From positions 205,840,001-205,904,000 of the forward strand of contig OX597815.1 of NCBI GenBank assembly GCA_951406725.2: DNA of 64,000 nucleotides, in the 5' to 3' direction. The DNA comes from Octopus vulgaris. Lineage: Eukaryota. The translations under genes and the position numbers were made by a program. Below, piece after piece: positions 11,699-26,250 of this stretch. The notes beneath the pieces were generated by a model. That model saw only the letters and a program-made list of their open reading frames with translations, searched no databases and was not told the DNA's origin. Numbering within the stretch: the stretch's first letter is position 1; the number at the start of each line of letters is the position of its first letter.

Positions 11699-14319
11699 AT
11701 ATAATTCTTTAAAAAGGAAAAGGCTATTGTAATATTGAGAATTCACAGGATTGTCGGATGATAAATTTTTCTGGGCAAACAACATTTTACAAGAATTAGG
11801 AAATGTCATAGTAGTATAGAAAATTAAAACTAAATAAGCAAGAAGTATGACACAATTTCCTAATACCCCTCCATTGATAAAAGTTAAATACCAAACAATG
11901 ATTTTTCTATTTGAAGTTGGTGTCATTTTAAATCTACTTATCTGAACATAAAAATTAAAAACAAAGAAAAGGGGGTAAAGAAGTGTTGCAATGTCTAACA
12001 TCATGCATTGGTTTAAACAATCTCATTTTAAGTACATAAAACACCCGCCTGGCTACTTGAAGAGTCACATGACGAAGATATTGAACTCAACTAGCAGATT
12101 GTGCATTTGTATGCTAGCAATGGGGCCATATCCTTGCAGGAATTAAGATAACCAAAGAGATGTTTCACTGATACAGAATTGGTAAATATCAGGCTAAGCG
12201 TTATCCACAATGTTTTAGATGAGAAGGGTAAAGCAGAAAGCATTTCCATCTACTTTAGAAACAATATAAGCTCTTAGATCTGGTATTTCCTCAGTTACTA
12301 TTACAATGGCACAAATGCCTTTGCTTTTCTGAATTCTCACTGCAGACGCCACCTTCGAATGTTACACTAAACACTTCAAATTCTTCTCCAGAACTGCAAT
12401 CCTCTACAATTTCCTCTTCCTACACTGATCATTAACCATAACAAACTTAACAGTCAGAGACTACAAAAGTCAAAGGTCTTTTCCTCTAATATATTTGAAA
12501 AAAAAAAAAAAAAAAAACTTTGACAAGGATTGTGTAATTATCTCTACACTAGAGCACTCAAAATTTTGAAAATCATTGCAAAAAAATCCAGACACAAAAG
12601 TCATGTGCAATAAATACAATGGGATTGATACCATATGCCTGTTCTCTAAATTCTTTGCTATTGAAAACCATCAGACTATAACATATCTAAATAATTTAAA
12701 ATACATCTAAAATCAGAATATATAATTAATTGACTCAGCTTGACATCTTTAAAACAAATGATTAACTAGTCAAACAAAATGTCAAGAATGTTTATTACAT
12801 ATTTATGATTAACAAAATCACAAAACAGGCAAATACCATACCATCATCTCTTTTATACAAATAATAATGAAGACCTTATGAAAAACTAAAGGGATTGAGG
12901 CTACTTTTACATGTATCCACTGCTTAAGTTACCAAATGGTTTTACATGAATATTGTTAAGTGAAAATTATCCACAGAATAAGGATAGCCTAAGTTTACAA
13001 GAAATAAAAATCAAATGTAATAAAAGTTTTATCAGGCATGGTTGTGTGGTTAAGAAGTTCACTTCTCACCCATGTGGTCTTGGGTTCAGTCCCACTGTGT
13101 AGAACTTTGGGTGGGACCAACCAAAGCTTTGAAAGCAGTTTTAGTAAACAGAAACTGAAAAAAAGCTCAAGTGTGTGTATGTGTGTCACCTTGTCTTGAG
13201 ACTGTCCAACAGTTGTAAACAAGCATTATCATCATAAATGGTGTCATTCATTTTCTATCTTCCATGAAAACATGTCTGGCCATGGGGAAATGGGTGAAGG
13301 TTGAGAACAAAGTGTATCCACAGAAAATCTGCCTCAATGAGTTCCATCTGACCCATGCAAGCATGGAAAAGTGAACATTAAAATGATTATGATAAGGTCT
13401 AACAAAAATCTAATATAATGTTTCCCTTTCAGGGGATGACAAAACTAAAGTAAAATTAAACTTACTTAAAATTATAAATAGAAAATCTAATTAAACTAGA
13501 TTGTGAATTCAAACAGGTTGGCAAGACAAGCTTAATAAAATTTCAATGAATTTTATCTCAATGTAGAAAAGGAATTTCTTGCAAGAGGGTAGAAGAAATT
13601 TTTAGCATCATCTTGTAAAGTGTATTTGAATACCTATCTAACTTGAATATAATCATAATCAATAAAAATTTATCAGAAAATATGAATCATCATAATTACT
13701 TTATAGTCTGTTTACAGTGCTTGCTTGGAAGGGTTGAAAAGGTCAACACAGCTCTAGTCAGTTTGTTTGGAGTTACTAGTTACTACCTTCCGAAGCAGAT
13801 TGGAGTATCATGTCTAACTAATATGATTCTTTTTGGTGTGATTTCTGTAGTTGGGTGCACTTTCTAATCTTAACAACGTCCAGTATGTACAGGGTTCACT
13901 TTAGTGAGACACCAACACTGCAGAAGCTGCATTGTCCCCTGCGAGACTAAGGAGTCCATATATTCACCATTCTTTCAAGGCAAATATGATTAAGAATGTG
14001 AATAGGAATGATGGTTTAAAAAAAAGGGGGAAATTAGAGAGTGCAGTGGGATGAAACAAGGGAAAAAGAGAACATATGATGAGTATGTGAAAAAAGGGGT
14101 GGTCATGGATAGAGTGAAATAATGACAAGAGAAAGCAAGTGACAGCCACATGTTCATTGTTAGAAGCTGAATAGAAAACAAACGACATGAAGTAGTGACA
14201 AAGATGATGTACCATGATAGGAGTGAGTAAGGATATTAACAGAGATAGGTGATGGGGTGAGTGGTAGATGTCAAGTAAGAGTTAGAAGGAAGAGAAAGAA
14301 TTATGGTTAGTGGTAGAGG

Positions 14320-14580
14320 GTAACGGTATTGGCTATGTACCTATGTACGTAACGGTATTGGGTATGTACCTATGTACGTAACGGTATTGGCTATGTACCT
14401 ATGTACGTAATGGTATTGGCTATGTACCTATGTACGTAATGGTATTGGCTATGTACCTATGTACGTAACGGTATTGGGTATGTACCTATGTACGTAACGG
14501 TATTGGCTATGTACCTATGTACGTAATGGTATTGGCTATGTACCTATGTACGTAACGGTATTGGGTATGTACCTATGTAC
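14320..14580. repeat. Minisatellite, 9 x 29 bp (GTAAYGGTATTGGSTATGTACCTATGTAC)
   Basis: Nine tandem units read directly; variation at only two positions. Confidence 0.95.
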
Positions 14581-15238
14581 CAGACCAGTTCAAGAATCAA
14601 TTTAAATGATAAATCATTTCCACAAAATTTTTGGTCTTATGCCTATGTTAATAATATTGCTACCAGTTATGAGTAAAAGACTTTATATTCCAAAACAAAA
14701 TGAATGTCCATAGCTTAACGAGGACATTTTAACGTGTGAAAAAAAAAAAAGAAAACCCCAAAACTACTGTACATACTGACATGTAAGCCAAAAATTTGGT
14801 CCCAGATCTTTGAAAAAGTTACCGCAGCTTATTTGCAAGTTGTGCATGAATTGTACCTGAGAATCTTTTAAGATGTACTTTTAAGTCAAAGAAAATGACT
14901 TGGTGCACCATCTTATAGAAGAAAATCAATAATCAGTTAATTGGAGCGACAAGAATACTTCGGTCCAACTTCACAGACATCAGCAACATACTTTTTTAAC
15001 TTTTAACTAAAACAAACAAAGAACTACGATAAACTACTAACAACAAGGGTTTAGTTACAATTTATTGAAATACTGACACTAATTCCCAGAGTTTAAAATC
15101 AAAATATTAAGCAAATGCATTTACTTTTATTTATTCAATTTATAATTCAATAATTACCTTAATTTAATGGTTCCCAACCTGGAGTCTGCAGACCCCTGGT
15201 GATCCATAAAGGTAGTACTGGGGATCTGAACTAAATTC

Positions 15239-15297
<59 letters not shown>

Positions 15298-15380
15298 CAC
15301 ACATAAGGATAAGCATATTAAAAGGGGTCTTTTAAATAAAAAGGTTGAGAACCACTGTGAAAAGGTTGGGAATCATTGCC

Positions 15381-15609
15381 TTGACCCTTTTGTTACCAAC
15401 CCGGCTGAAACCGGATCTGGCTCTTTAGTACAAATGTCTTGTTTTCATAAGTTTTGAATTCAAAATTTCCACCAAACCTTAGTCACAATTTATGTTCCTA
15501 ACACTGGCTGAATGATAACGATGTTATTTTACTAAATTCTTTCTTATATTTAAAGTAATTGAAAGAAACACAGAGCATCTCAAAATAAATACAGTAACGA
15601 AAGGGTTAA
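15381..15609 (+). mobile_element. piggyBac-type MITE
   Basis: Same family as 11472-11698. Confidence 0.85.
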
Positions 15610-15895
15610 CAGAGTTCCACATTTGGGTTTTACATGTTAAATTTGTCACATCAAGCCATCAAAATTCTCTGGGTCTCCCTAATATTTGATAGATAAAAAA
15701 AAACTACTTCAATGTTAATTCATAATCTGATAAGATTCTGTTGAAGTTTATTCATATTTCTTAATGTAAAATTATTCTTGGAATCAATCAGTTATTGCTA
15801 TACAATGCCTTGGGTTTGTTTGAAGAGGTTGGGACAAAAAGGATCACTTGCATATGACAACTTACTTAGCAGAACAGCTACCACAATGTGATCTG

Positions 15896-16114
15896 TTAAC
15901 CCTTTCGTTACCAACCCAGCTGTGGCTCTGCAGCACAAATGTCTTGTTTTCATAAGTTTTGAATTAAAATCTTCCACCAAACTTTAGTCACAATTTATGT
16001 TCCTAACACTAGCTTAATGATGACTAAGTTATTTTACTAAATTCTTTGTTATATTTAAAATAATTGAAAGTAACACAGAGCATCTCAAAATAAATACAGT
16101 AACGAAAGGGTTAA
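15896..16114 (+). mobile_element. piggyBac-type MITE
   Basis: ttaaccctttcgttac...gtaacgaaagggttaa TIRs with TTAA flanks. Confidence 0.88.
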
Positions 16115-18600
16115 GTCTTCTTGTGAATAACATCTCAAATTTGAAACCAACATTTAAAAAAACTAACACTTTTGGTCAAAAAAATTCACTTTGGCCTATA
16201 TGCTGAGTCAGCGTATTTATGTTGGCATAAACAGTCTGTGGAGACAGAAAAATTATATGTCCATTACTTGAATTTTCGATAACATACTATTAATGGGCCA
16301 TTAAGAGTATTACTAAAACATGATCTCAACAATTGTGTATCATAATAAAGATAAGCACCAGGTATTATTTTCAAGTAGTGAACTTTTTAGATTCAATGAA
16401 TACTCTGACACCTGAGCCAAAGTAGTAGTGTACAATGTGAAACTTTGAAACAAAATGCAAAATCAAACAAGAGTGGAGACATGACCATCTCAAATTCCAC
16501 ACCTTTATAAGAGAAAAAAAAAAAAAAAAATCTAAATGTTCTTGTAGCTAGAGTTTCATCATCATCATCGTTTAACGTCTGTTCTCCATGCTAGCATGGG
16601 TTGGACCGTTCGAACTATTGTTATAAAGCAGTTTCACTCCAATGATTCCTGACAGACCAAGACCACAAATTATAGAGAAGCTTATAGTCTCTCTCACTTG
16701 TAATTTACTTATCACATTTTTTGGTCTTTGGCTCTAAGATAAAGCTGTCTTTTTTTTTTTACTGTTTTTTACTTTTCTCTTTGGAGATTACCACCTCCCC
16801 CTTTTTTCTATAGCTAAAAATAAAGCTAATTAATTCAGTTTGATCTTTTGATTTCACTAGATACCCCTTACGTTACTCTTGATAACATCAAACCTATTCA
16901 GATTTCTAATTTAACTCATATGAATTCTCATCATGTATCCAGCAAATCATACATATTTATTCACACACACACTGCTTACACTTCACACTACAATTTCTTA
17001 GGTACATTTAGTCATCTAAGCCTCTCATTGCTGACATCAACCAAACTAAATTGAATATCTAAAACAACCTATCTACTGCCTTATAAAACTTTTGGTAGCT
17101 GTTGTGTGGTCACTCAACAACCAAATCTTCAAATCACACCCTACCATAAAAAAAACAAAAAAAAACAAACAAATTTCATACTTAAAACCTAAATCTATTT
17201 GTCACGACTGGAAATCTTTTGAGCACAGACCTATCATAGTTCACTGGAGTTAAAAAAAAAACAAAAAAAAAAAAAAACTTTCGAGCTAGTCCTTGTCATG
17301 CTGAATAGAGTCATTTGCCAAGTTTATATTTTAAACACTTGAAACCATTTAGTAATGCTTCTATTACATCACTTAACAACTCACCACTTTCCATCACTCA
17401 TAAGAACAACTTCCTACTTTTTTCTGAAAGCAATTGTCTCAAATTAGCAGAGATTTCAATGAATCTCTCCATTTGAATCTTTCTCAATTTATGCTAATAT
17501 TTAAAATAAAAGTCTACAATAGTTAAGTTCTCTGTACTGCACATTTAGATTTTCAAACTCAAATGTTATAAAAATGTTACAAAACAGTATTGTTTCACAA
17601 TGCATAACCTTAAAAGAAAATTCATCAGAGAAACAGGTTTTGGTTGATTTCATTTGCATATTATGTTTAAATTATTTAGATGTGGATTGTTTGATAGCAT
17701 TTTAATGTGCTTACTGTAGAGGCTTCATCAAAAGTTAGAAAAGTTAACTTTGGAAATGAGAGGCTATTTTAAGGAGAACCACTCAATTTTAAAATACTCT
17801 AATAAATCATATAAAGACCTAAATCTGGGCAACCAAATAATCCATGGTAATGTGAACAACTGGTTGCAAAAATATCAAAATAAATAAACGAGGGAATTTT
17901 AGTGTATTGGTTCAAGTATGAGAAATATTTCCTACTCACTTCAAAACAATATTTTGTGTAATTAAACACACAAATTTGCTTTTATTGGGAATAACGTTCG
18001 CTATCAATAAATTCTATTAATATTAATCCACTACTGAATAGAATGGTTGCATCCAATTATCAGTTTTGATAATTAAATGTTATCAAATTGTTGCTGGAAT
18101 CCATATGATGGGAACTTTAATTTTTAACAAAGTATAAATAAATGAAAATATAGAAAAGAATTAATTTGATAATTTGTAAAACAAGGAATGTATAAAAAAA
18201 TTTCTTCAAGAAAAACTCCACAAAACATTCTTTTTAAAATTTTTATTTTAAAGACTACTAAGCATGACTTGGTTATGTGGCTTCAGCAGTAAATCTGAAT
18301 AACCATGTTATTAATTGCTCTACTTTAATTATTTAAACATTACTAATTTAATTATCATAACTATAAAAATGTATAGCATACAATATAAAAATACTTCAAG
18401 ATACAAAAGAAACTTAAATAAAAAAAAAAAAAGCAACCTTAAAAACTAATGACAAAGAAGTGTTAAATATTACAATTTCAGATCATTTATAGAACTAATG
18501 TTGGACCAGTTGGACTAATTTCTCCCATGTTGAGGTTTCATTAGCAAATGAGCACACTCTTTCATTATCAGAGTTTCTTCTTATAAACCCACAAGTTAGT

Positions 18601-19321
18601 TGAGCCGGGTCGTCTGCTGCTGGAGAGGACCGACCAGATAAAGGACCTGGGTATCTTGGTGGATTCTTCCTTTCCGCCTTCAGCCCAGTGCGTCCATGCT
18701 GCCAACAAAGCACGCGGAGTTCTGTTTTTGATTCGACGGTCATTCGGAATGCTCACAGCAGCCATATTCCTACCACTCTATGTCACGCTGGTGAGACCCA
18801 TATTGGAGTACGGGATTCAAGCCTCTTCTCCTTATCTCCTCAAAGACATACATCATCTCGAAAGAGTCCAGAAGCTGGCTACCCGCATGGTTCTTGGCCT
18901 CAAGCATTTGTCTTATGAAGAAAGGCTGAAGACGCTCGACCTTTATTCGCTAGAAAAACGATGACGCTGTGGTGATCTCATTCTCACTCACAACATCATA
19001 AGCGGAAAGTGTAACCTCTCGAAAGAGCTGTTCTTCATTCCTGCTCCAGAGCGTCGGCTGCGGGGTCACTCCGAAAAGCTCTATCTGCGACGATTTCATC
19101 TCAATCGAAGGAGAGGGGTTTTCTCCGTCCGGGTTGTGGATCCGTGGAATAAGCTGCCGGACGAGATAGTGAAGATGCCGACGACCGCTCGGTTCAAAGT
19201 CTCTCTTGACCAGAAATGGCCTGAACTCTTTGCATGAACACCCTCCCTGTACATAACTCCATGTCCCCCTACATGGCCTTGCTTTTTGCTTTTTGAGCCA
19301 AAAAATTAACTTAACTAACTT
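18601..19321 (+). mobile_element. 5'-truncated CR1-clade LINE (ORF2 C-terminus, 3' UTR, (TAAC)n tail)
   Basis: One frame reads KDLGILVDS..ANKARGVL..IRRSF..LYVTLVRPILEY..LERVQKLATRMV..LSYEERL..L.LYSLEKR*RCGDLI..RLRGH..FSVRVVDPWNKLP, which are CR1 hallmarks. Only one in-frame stop (18962-18964). Confidence 0.92.
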
Positions 19322-21055
19322 AGACCAATTTGCTCTCGCGCGCATACACACATTCCTGGATTTTTTTTTTTTTTTTGGTTAATAAATTACTAGGATTTTA
19401 ATGTTTTGCTTCTGACACACTTCTCTCCATGTAGGCATCAGCATCTGTTTCTACACACACACAGTGTTGGCTAAAATCTATAGATATATTCTATAGTACA
19501 GTATAACACTGAAACAAAACATCAGTAATTTACATTTTACAGGGTTTACTTTCTGCAACAGAAAAATAGAAAAGGAGAAATTTGTTTTTAGTGTAAACTA
19601 TAAGTATTGTTTTCAACTTCAAGGTGTTGAAAATATATAAATTCATTTAGTTGAGATACTAAGAAGATTGCAATTTCACTATTAGCCAAATTTATTATTA
19701 CTGTACACAAAGAAGAGGCTACTCAGTGCTAAATAGTGATTCAGATCTAAACAAGTAGTTATCATTATTATATTATTATTGTAACTACTACAACTACTAC
19801 TACCAGCATCATTTTCAGTACAAATGATGGATAATAGGACCTAGTAATCCTAAAAGTTGGAACAAGTTCATGAAAGACTGAAAAGTAAAGTTAGGTAAAA
19901 ACAAAATGAAAAATCTTTCAAGTAAAATACATACTAAAATCTAAATCAATCTAGGTAATTGGCTGCATGAATTGGCCTTCATCATAATGAAGTGTATTTA
20001 TCCTAACACACTTTTCAATGAAACTTAAGAAAAAGGTCAAAGCACTTCTCTATACAACAAAGAACACATGAATAGCTGGATAAAACACACACACACACAT
20101 AAAGGCAACTTGCAAGACAGCTCAGAATTAAAAAGCTCATATAATAGATAAATACTTGGTATCTGAAGCTAACAGAAAAAAAAATTCTTTCCTTGGTATA
20201 GGAAAAAAAAAGATTCCACCAAATAATGGTATGAAATGACTGGGCTATTTGCATCTATTGTGCAAAGGAAACCAGGTTTCTTTTTAGATGTATATCCAGT
20301 CCTAATTCCTGCATGCTAATATAACATTCATAAGATGAATATTTAAATGCAAGTAGAAAAAAACCCACAAAGATAGATAAATGTACCAGGATGACCTGAT
20401 GATACTGGAATGACCTCATCTACACAGGTCTTTAACATGCCATTATTTTCCAAAAATAAAATGGTGATTAGACAAACTTATTCTGCCCCAAGCTATTCTA
20501 ATGCTTTTCCAATTGATCTCAGACTCTTCATAATGATTGATGTATTTGATGCCAAATAAAACATCTAATAACTCCTATCTTTGGGAAACTATCATATCGG
20601 TCACTTTTCTTTTGATATAAAACGAACAAGAACTTTCTTCATAGCACTACTGTAAGCAGCTGTGGCGTTCTATAAATAGTATTATTCATTCATAGTGACA
20701 ACAAAAGCAACCAGGCTGATTGCAATCTAAGAACAATTGTAGGTGGCTATTCAGCAGGGTATGCAGAAGGAAAGGGGTTGCATTGGTCAGCAACAAAGGA
20801 CTAACAAAACAAAAACAAAAATCAACATAAAGGAAAATTTTCAAAGGAAAAAAAAAATTCAGTAATCGAAACCTTAAATTTTTATTTCATACATACAAAG
20901 AATTTTTAAAGAATAACTATAATCATACTACAAAAGGTGCATGGAGCAGGTTAAGGTATAAGAACACAATCATAAAATTCGGAGTTCACTTCTTGGACTG
21001 AGTGGCACAATGTGTCCAGGAACAAGATACATAAACAGGTAGAATATTTAGGCTA

Positions 21056-21281
21056 GGCGGCGAGCTGGAAGAAACGTTAGCACGCCGGGCGAAATGCTTA
21101 GCGGTATTTCGTCTGTGTTACGTGAGTTCAAATTTCGCCGAGGTCAACTTTGCCTTTCATCCTTTCTGGGTCGATAAATTAAGTACCAGTTATGTACTGG
21201 GGTCGATGTAATCGACTTAATACCTATGTCTGTCCTTGTTTGTCCCCTCTGTGTTTAGCCCCTTGTGGGTAATAAAGAAAT
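21056..21281 (+). mobile_element. SINE family B with ~19-bp TSD (aggtagaatatttaggcta), nested in a piggyBac-type MITE remnant
   Basis: The direct repeat lies on both sides; the MITE end aaagggttaa is at ~21331. Confidence 0.88.
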
Positions 21282-24200
21282 AGGTAGAATATTTAGGCTA
21301 GATATGACCAGTTTAAATGCTAAAGGGTTAATGAAACTAGTAACAAGCTGTACTTCTTGTTTTGCCAAGATAAACACAATACCAGATGCTTACTAAAACA
21401 AACGGTTGATCAAAAAACCCAATCTCATAATTAGAATACAATCCACCCACTTTTGAGTGACCAAATATCCATTCATTTACATTCTATTTATTTACAAATC
21501 AATTTTCTTTCATATAATCATATTTGATCAAAGATGAAACATTACTGGTAACAAGAATTAAGTTTCAACTGGAAAAAAAAAGTGCTCACTAAGTTTATTT
21601 AGTATTTCAGTATATATCAACCAATTAGATTAATTAAGAGCTTTGTTCAAAACTGGAGAATACTAACAAGCAGTATCTTTACCAACAAAATTGAAGATAC
21701 AAACTAATTAGTATAAACTAGTAGGTAACTATTCTTTCCAAGATTTAACTTTCATTATTTTAAATAGCTTAGATTGTTTCATTATCCAAACTAGGGCTTT
21801 GAATTTAGTTTGTGACCTCTCATTAATTTTTTTACCTCTGCATCTATATTATCATCATCATCCTTTAATATCTGTTTTCCATACTGGCATGGGTTGGACG
21901 GTTTGACCAGAGCTGGGAAGCTAGGGAGCTTACAAAAGAATAAGTCCCGGGGTTGAGTTGCTCGATTAATGGCAGTGCTCCAGCATGGCCACAGTCAAAT
22001 GACTGAAACATGTAAAAGAGTATAAAAGAGTATTTATATATAAAACCCACTACACTCTCGGAGTGGTTGGCATTCGGAAGGGCATCCAGCAGTAGAAACT
22101 CTGCCAGATCAAGACTGGAGCCTAGTGCAGCCATCTGGTTTGCCAACCCAGTCAAACCATCCAACCCATGCTAGCATGGAAAGTGGACGTTAAACGATGA
22201 TGATGATGATATATATATAAATATACATGTCAAATGCAGGTCTGTCACAAAAACTAATGTGGATGCAACTTTTTAGTGCTCAACACACAAAACGGCACAA
22301 CAACTTGACTTCTTCAGAATCCTTAGTACTATCCTAAGCAAAATAGTTTTGACTGTGGCAGTAGTAGCTTCTTGAAGTGGCCAAAGCTCAGTGTAACTGC
22401 TTAATGTGAAATTTGCATTTATATCTCTTGTATAAGCCAACACACAAATATCATGTGCTACTTGGCATAAAACATCTGCCAACAGATTATTCTTCAGACA
22501 GATGCCAGAACTATGATCATCTATGCTAAGCCTGGAGGATACCTGTTTTAATACTTGGAAAGTATATATTAGATTTCCTAGTTAACAATAGCCTTTGCAG
22601 TATATCTGCATAGAGCAAGTGAATAACTGTTGTAATTACTTGATGTGCACAAGATGCTAGATCAAGATTTTACAGTCATCAAGCAATACAATCAAGCATT
22701 TACAATACAGTAGTTGGGAGGTCATGATTATGAGTAAAAGAATTGGTGCAGGAAATAAAATATTTGTAATTGTTGACAAAGAACTCGTTTCTTCAATGTA
22801 AGTTTTCAAGAGAAATAGACTTAGTGGTCTTGTTGACAGTTTACAAAATAAACACATGATGTGGCTGAAACCCACAGACTTTGTGCTATTTATAATTTTT
22901 CCAGACTCTAATTATTTTCCATCAGTGAGGAATGTCTCGCTTCATAAAACGATTAATACATCTCAGATTTAAGGCTGTGAGCTGGCAGAATGGTTAGAAT
23001 GTAAAGATGGATAAAATGCTGCTAAGCATTTAGTAAGGCATTCTTAGTTCAAATTACACCAAGGTCGACTTTGCCTTTCATCCTTTTCTTTTGGGGTGGG
23101 GTCTTTGAAATAAGTACTAGTTGCACACTGGAGTCTGATGTAATCGACTTAAGCCTCCCTTGAAACTGTTGGCCTCACACCAAAATTTGAAACCAATATT
23201 TGTTAAGTTATCTCATGCTGATGGCCTTTAACCATTTCATTGCCATATTTGTTTTGAGGTGCTCTGTGTTTCTTTGAATTAATTTTAACAAATAATTTAG
23301 TGAAATGACTTAGTTATCATTAAACTAGTGTTAGGAACAAAAATTCCAACTAAGGTTTGGTGGAAGATTTTAATTCAAAATTTATGAAAACAAAACATTT
23401 GTACTACATACAACAGAGCCAGAAGCGGTTTCAACCGGGTCGGGAGTGAACGGACTAAGGGGAAGGGATGGTGCTGTCCAGGAATTCCATTGACGAAAAA
23501 TGTTGGGTGCTTCATTGTGGATGAGCAAGAGAAAGAAAAAATATTTTATACTGCTTCTTTTTTTTTTCCTTGATTTCAAACATGGATTTCTAATTCCACC
23601 AAATATTACGAAGAAATGTTTGTTTCCCTGGTAATAGCTGCCTCTTAGGTGGCAACACTTTTCTGACTATCTATGAGGTTCTATCTTGTTTCAGTCATGT
23701 ATCTTACACAGTACCTCACTGAATTCAAACTAGGAACCTTTACTTATAAACAAAGGTAGTGGGGAAAGCTATCCACTAGCTCACTGATAAATGCAGAATT
23801 TAAAAATAAAGCCATGAATTTAAATCCAGTCCTGATAGCAGACAGCAAACAATTTAACCCTTTAACATTCAAACCGGCCAAAATATGTAACCTATTTTAT
23901 GTTGAAACTGGCCAGATCCAGCCTTTCATCTTAACTCTACAATGTCATTCTAAGACTAAACAATCACATCAGTGAAATCTCTATACAAGATAAATGCATG
24001 ATTAATTCAATACAATAAACAAACATATTTGTCAGAGTAATCTGAACACTAACAGGTTAAACCAACTGAACTGTAGAGTAGATATAATATCAAAAATAGA
24101 ACAGTTACATCTGATATGCCATTGACTATAAGTCCATTTAATATCAATGCTGAGCTGTAGCGAGGGGTGGGGGGAAGTGCTATACAATAACAATGTAAAA

Positions 24201-24523
24201 TAAAGTTGGGGAAAAAAATATTTACTATCAGAGTGAGTTTCATCTTTAAAGATGAAGCTCATAGTCCAACTATGAGTCACTTTATCTCAGACATTTATCA
24301 CCACACATGTTGATATCTAATATTTATTGCTAGGTAAGATCTGACTGAACTGTTCTAAGATCAGAGACATTCAATTTGTAATCAGTCCATCTTTACTTCA
24401 AGCAATCTGTGTAGAACTATGTTATTTAATATGTCTTTCTCTTTTGTTTTAAGACAGTAAGATGGAATTTGCAGGTCATTTGACTGCTGTTTTTAGTAAA
24501 TCAAGTAATCCTGTAAAAGATAC

Positions 24524-24688
24524 CTTATTGGCCGAAAGTAATCATTTTTTTTTTGTTGTTTTTCCAGTTTCTGTTTCAATTTGTTTAAAACATCTTCAAC
24601 ATGAAGACCTGTGGTCAAAGGAATTTCAAATGTAACTGACCCAGCTTCCCCCCCTCCAAACAGGCTCTCTGGAACTAAATTATTCAAA
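24524..24688 (-). CDS. Candidate 165-nt phase 2/2 coding exon of the minus-strand gene (LNNLVPESLFGGGEAGSVTFEIPLTTGLHVEDVLNKLKQKLEKQQKKNDYFRPI)
   Basis: Non-repetitive, protein-like open frame with donor AAG|gtatct at 24523. The acceptor ggacag| is weak. Phase is compatible with the upstream exons. Confidence 0.3.
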
Positions 24689-25689
24689 CTGTCCACTTTT
24701 AAAGATGTCAGTGGATGACATTTCCAGCAGATGGGATCCTAAGTGCTCCCTCACTAGCCCCAGCTGTTTCATGATGTGTGCTAGTGTATTGCACCAATAC
24801 TACAATACCACTAAGCAAATGAAAAAGGCAGTGGCAGGTGAATTATGTGACAAAAGATGGCAAAACCTAGGACCACAGTTATGGTAGTGTCATGTCCCTC
24901 ACTATTAGTAGTGAAATTGATCACAATGGCTCCAGCAGATACCAACAACGAACTCTGAGAGTCCCTATTTATGTTCTTCATTTCATTTTCTATATAGGAT
25001 TTATTTTTTTATAGCAGTTTTTTTCACCCAAACTTCCACTGATCACCCACTCCCAACTGTGCTACCAAATTATTTCTCCTCTCCCACCTGACTCTCTCTT
25101 CCCCATTCACACCTGCAACCTACCCAACAGTATCTCATATTTCTGTCAACCTTCTGTTTACTGTATCACAATAACTATTTTGCTATTCTGTATTATCAGA
25201 CATCCTCCACTCACTCCTGGCCCCTCTTCCTCACTCGTTCCTCCTACCAGCTCCATACCTCCAAAGTCCATCTGAACACCTGATCATCACTATTTCTATC
25301 ATTTTCCAGCTTCACCTGATCACCCTCACCTTCTCGTCAAAAATGTGAGTATTGTCGTGTAGCTGGCTCTTCTGCAACAAGAAATCTATTCTACTTTGGC
25401 CCTTTTCTCTCTCTCTCATACTTTACCTTTCTATTCCTCATCTAGTATAAAGTCTCTCCATCCACCTCAGGGTTTGTAGCCTTGCAAAGTACATGTTAAC
25501 TTTAGTGTTGGTGGCACGGAAAAAAGCACCCAATATATGGTGTGAAATGGGTGGTGTTAGAAGGGCATCAGCTATAAAAACCATGTCAAAGCAGACACTG
25601 GGGCAAGATGCAGTCCTTGAGCCGAATGGATCTTGTTAAACCATCCAAACTATGCCAGCATGGAAAATAGATGTTAAATGATGATGATG

Positions 25690-26250
25690 ATCGTCGCCAG
25701 AGCAGCCAACTGGCTTCCGTGCCGGTGGCACGTAAAATGGCACCTTTTGAGCATGATCGTTACCAACATCGCCTTACTGGCACCTGTGCTGGTGGCATGT
25801 GTAAAAAGATTCGAGCGAGGTTGTTGCCAGTACCTATTTCTTTATTACCCACAAGGGGCTAAACACAGAGGGGACAAACAAGGACAGACATAGGTATTAA
25901 GTCGATTACATCGACCCCAGTGCGTAACTGGTACTTAATTTATCGACCCCGAAAGGATGAAAGGCAAAGTCGACCTCGGCGGAATTTGAACTCACAACGT
26001 AACGCAGATGAAATACCGCTAAGCATTTCGCCCGGCGTGCTAACGTTTCGGCACCCATGCTGGTGGCATGTAAAAAGCACCCACTACAATTTCGGAGTGG
26101 TTGGCGTTAGGAAGGGCATCCAGCTGTAGAAATTCTGTCAAATCACGATTGGAGCCTGGTGCAGCCATCTGGTTCGCCAGCCCTCAGTTAAAATCGTCCA
26201 GTCCATGCTAGCATGGAAAGCAGGCATTAAACGATGATGATGATGATGAT
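25690..26250 (+). mobile_element. RTE 3' UTR copy interrupted by an antisense family B SINE (25834-26049)
   Basis: Family motifs on both sides of the nested SINE; (GAT)n tail at ~26233-26250. Confidence 0.8.

Noticed and set aside
22273-22900. Protein-like minus ORF (..KKSSCCAVLCVEH*) or a plus-strand Merlin/ISXO2-like transposase relic
   Set aside because: No credible splice acceptor for the ORF, and the transposase resemblance rests on two weak words; it needs a profile search.
24705-24900. Antizyme-like +1 frameshift site (..LGPQLW*..VP)
   Set aside because: No TCC-TGA shift site and no antizyme-like second ORF; the resemblance is superficial.
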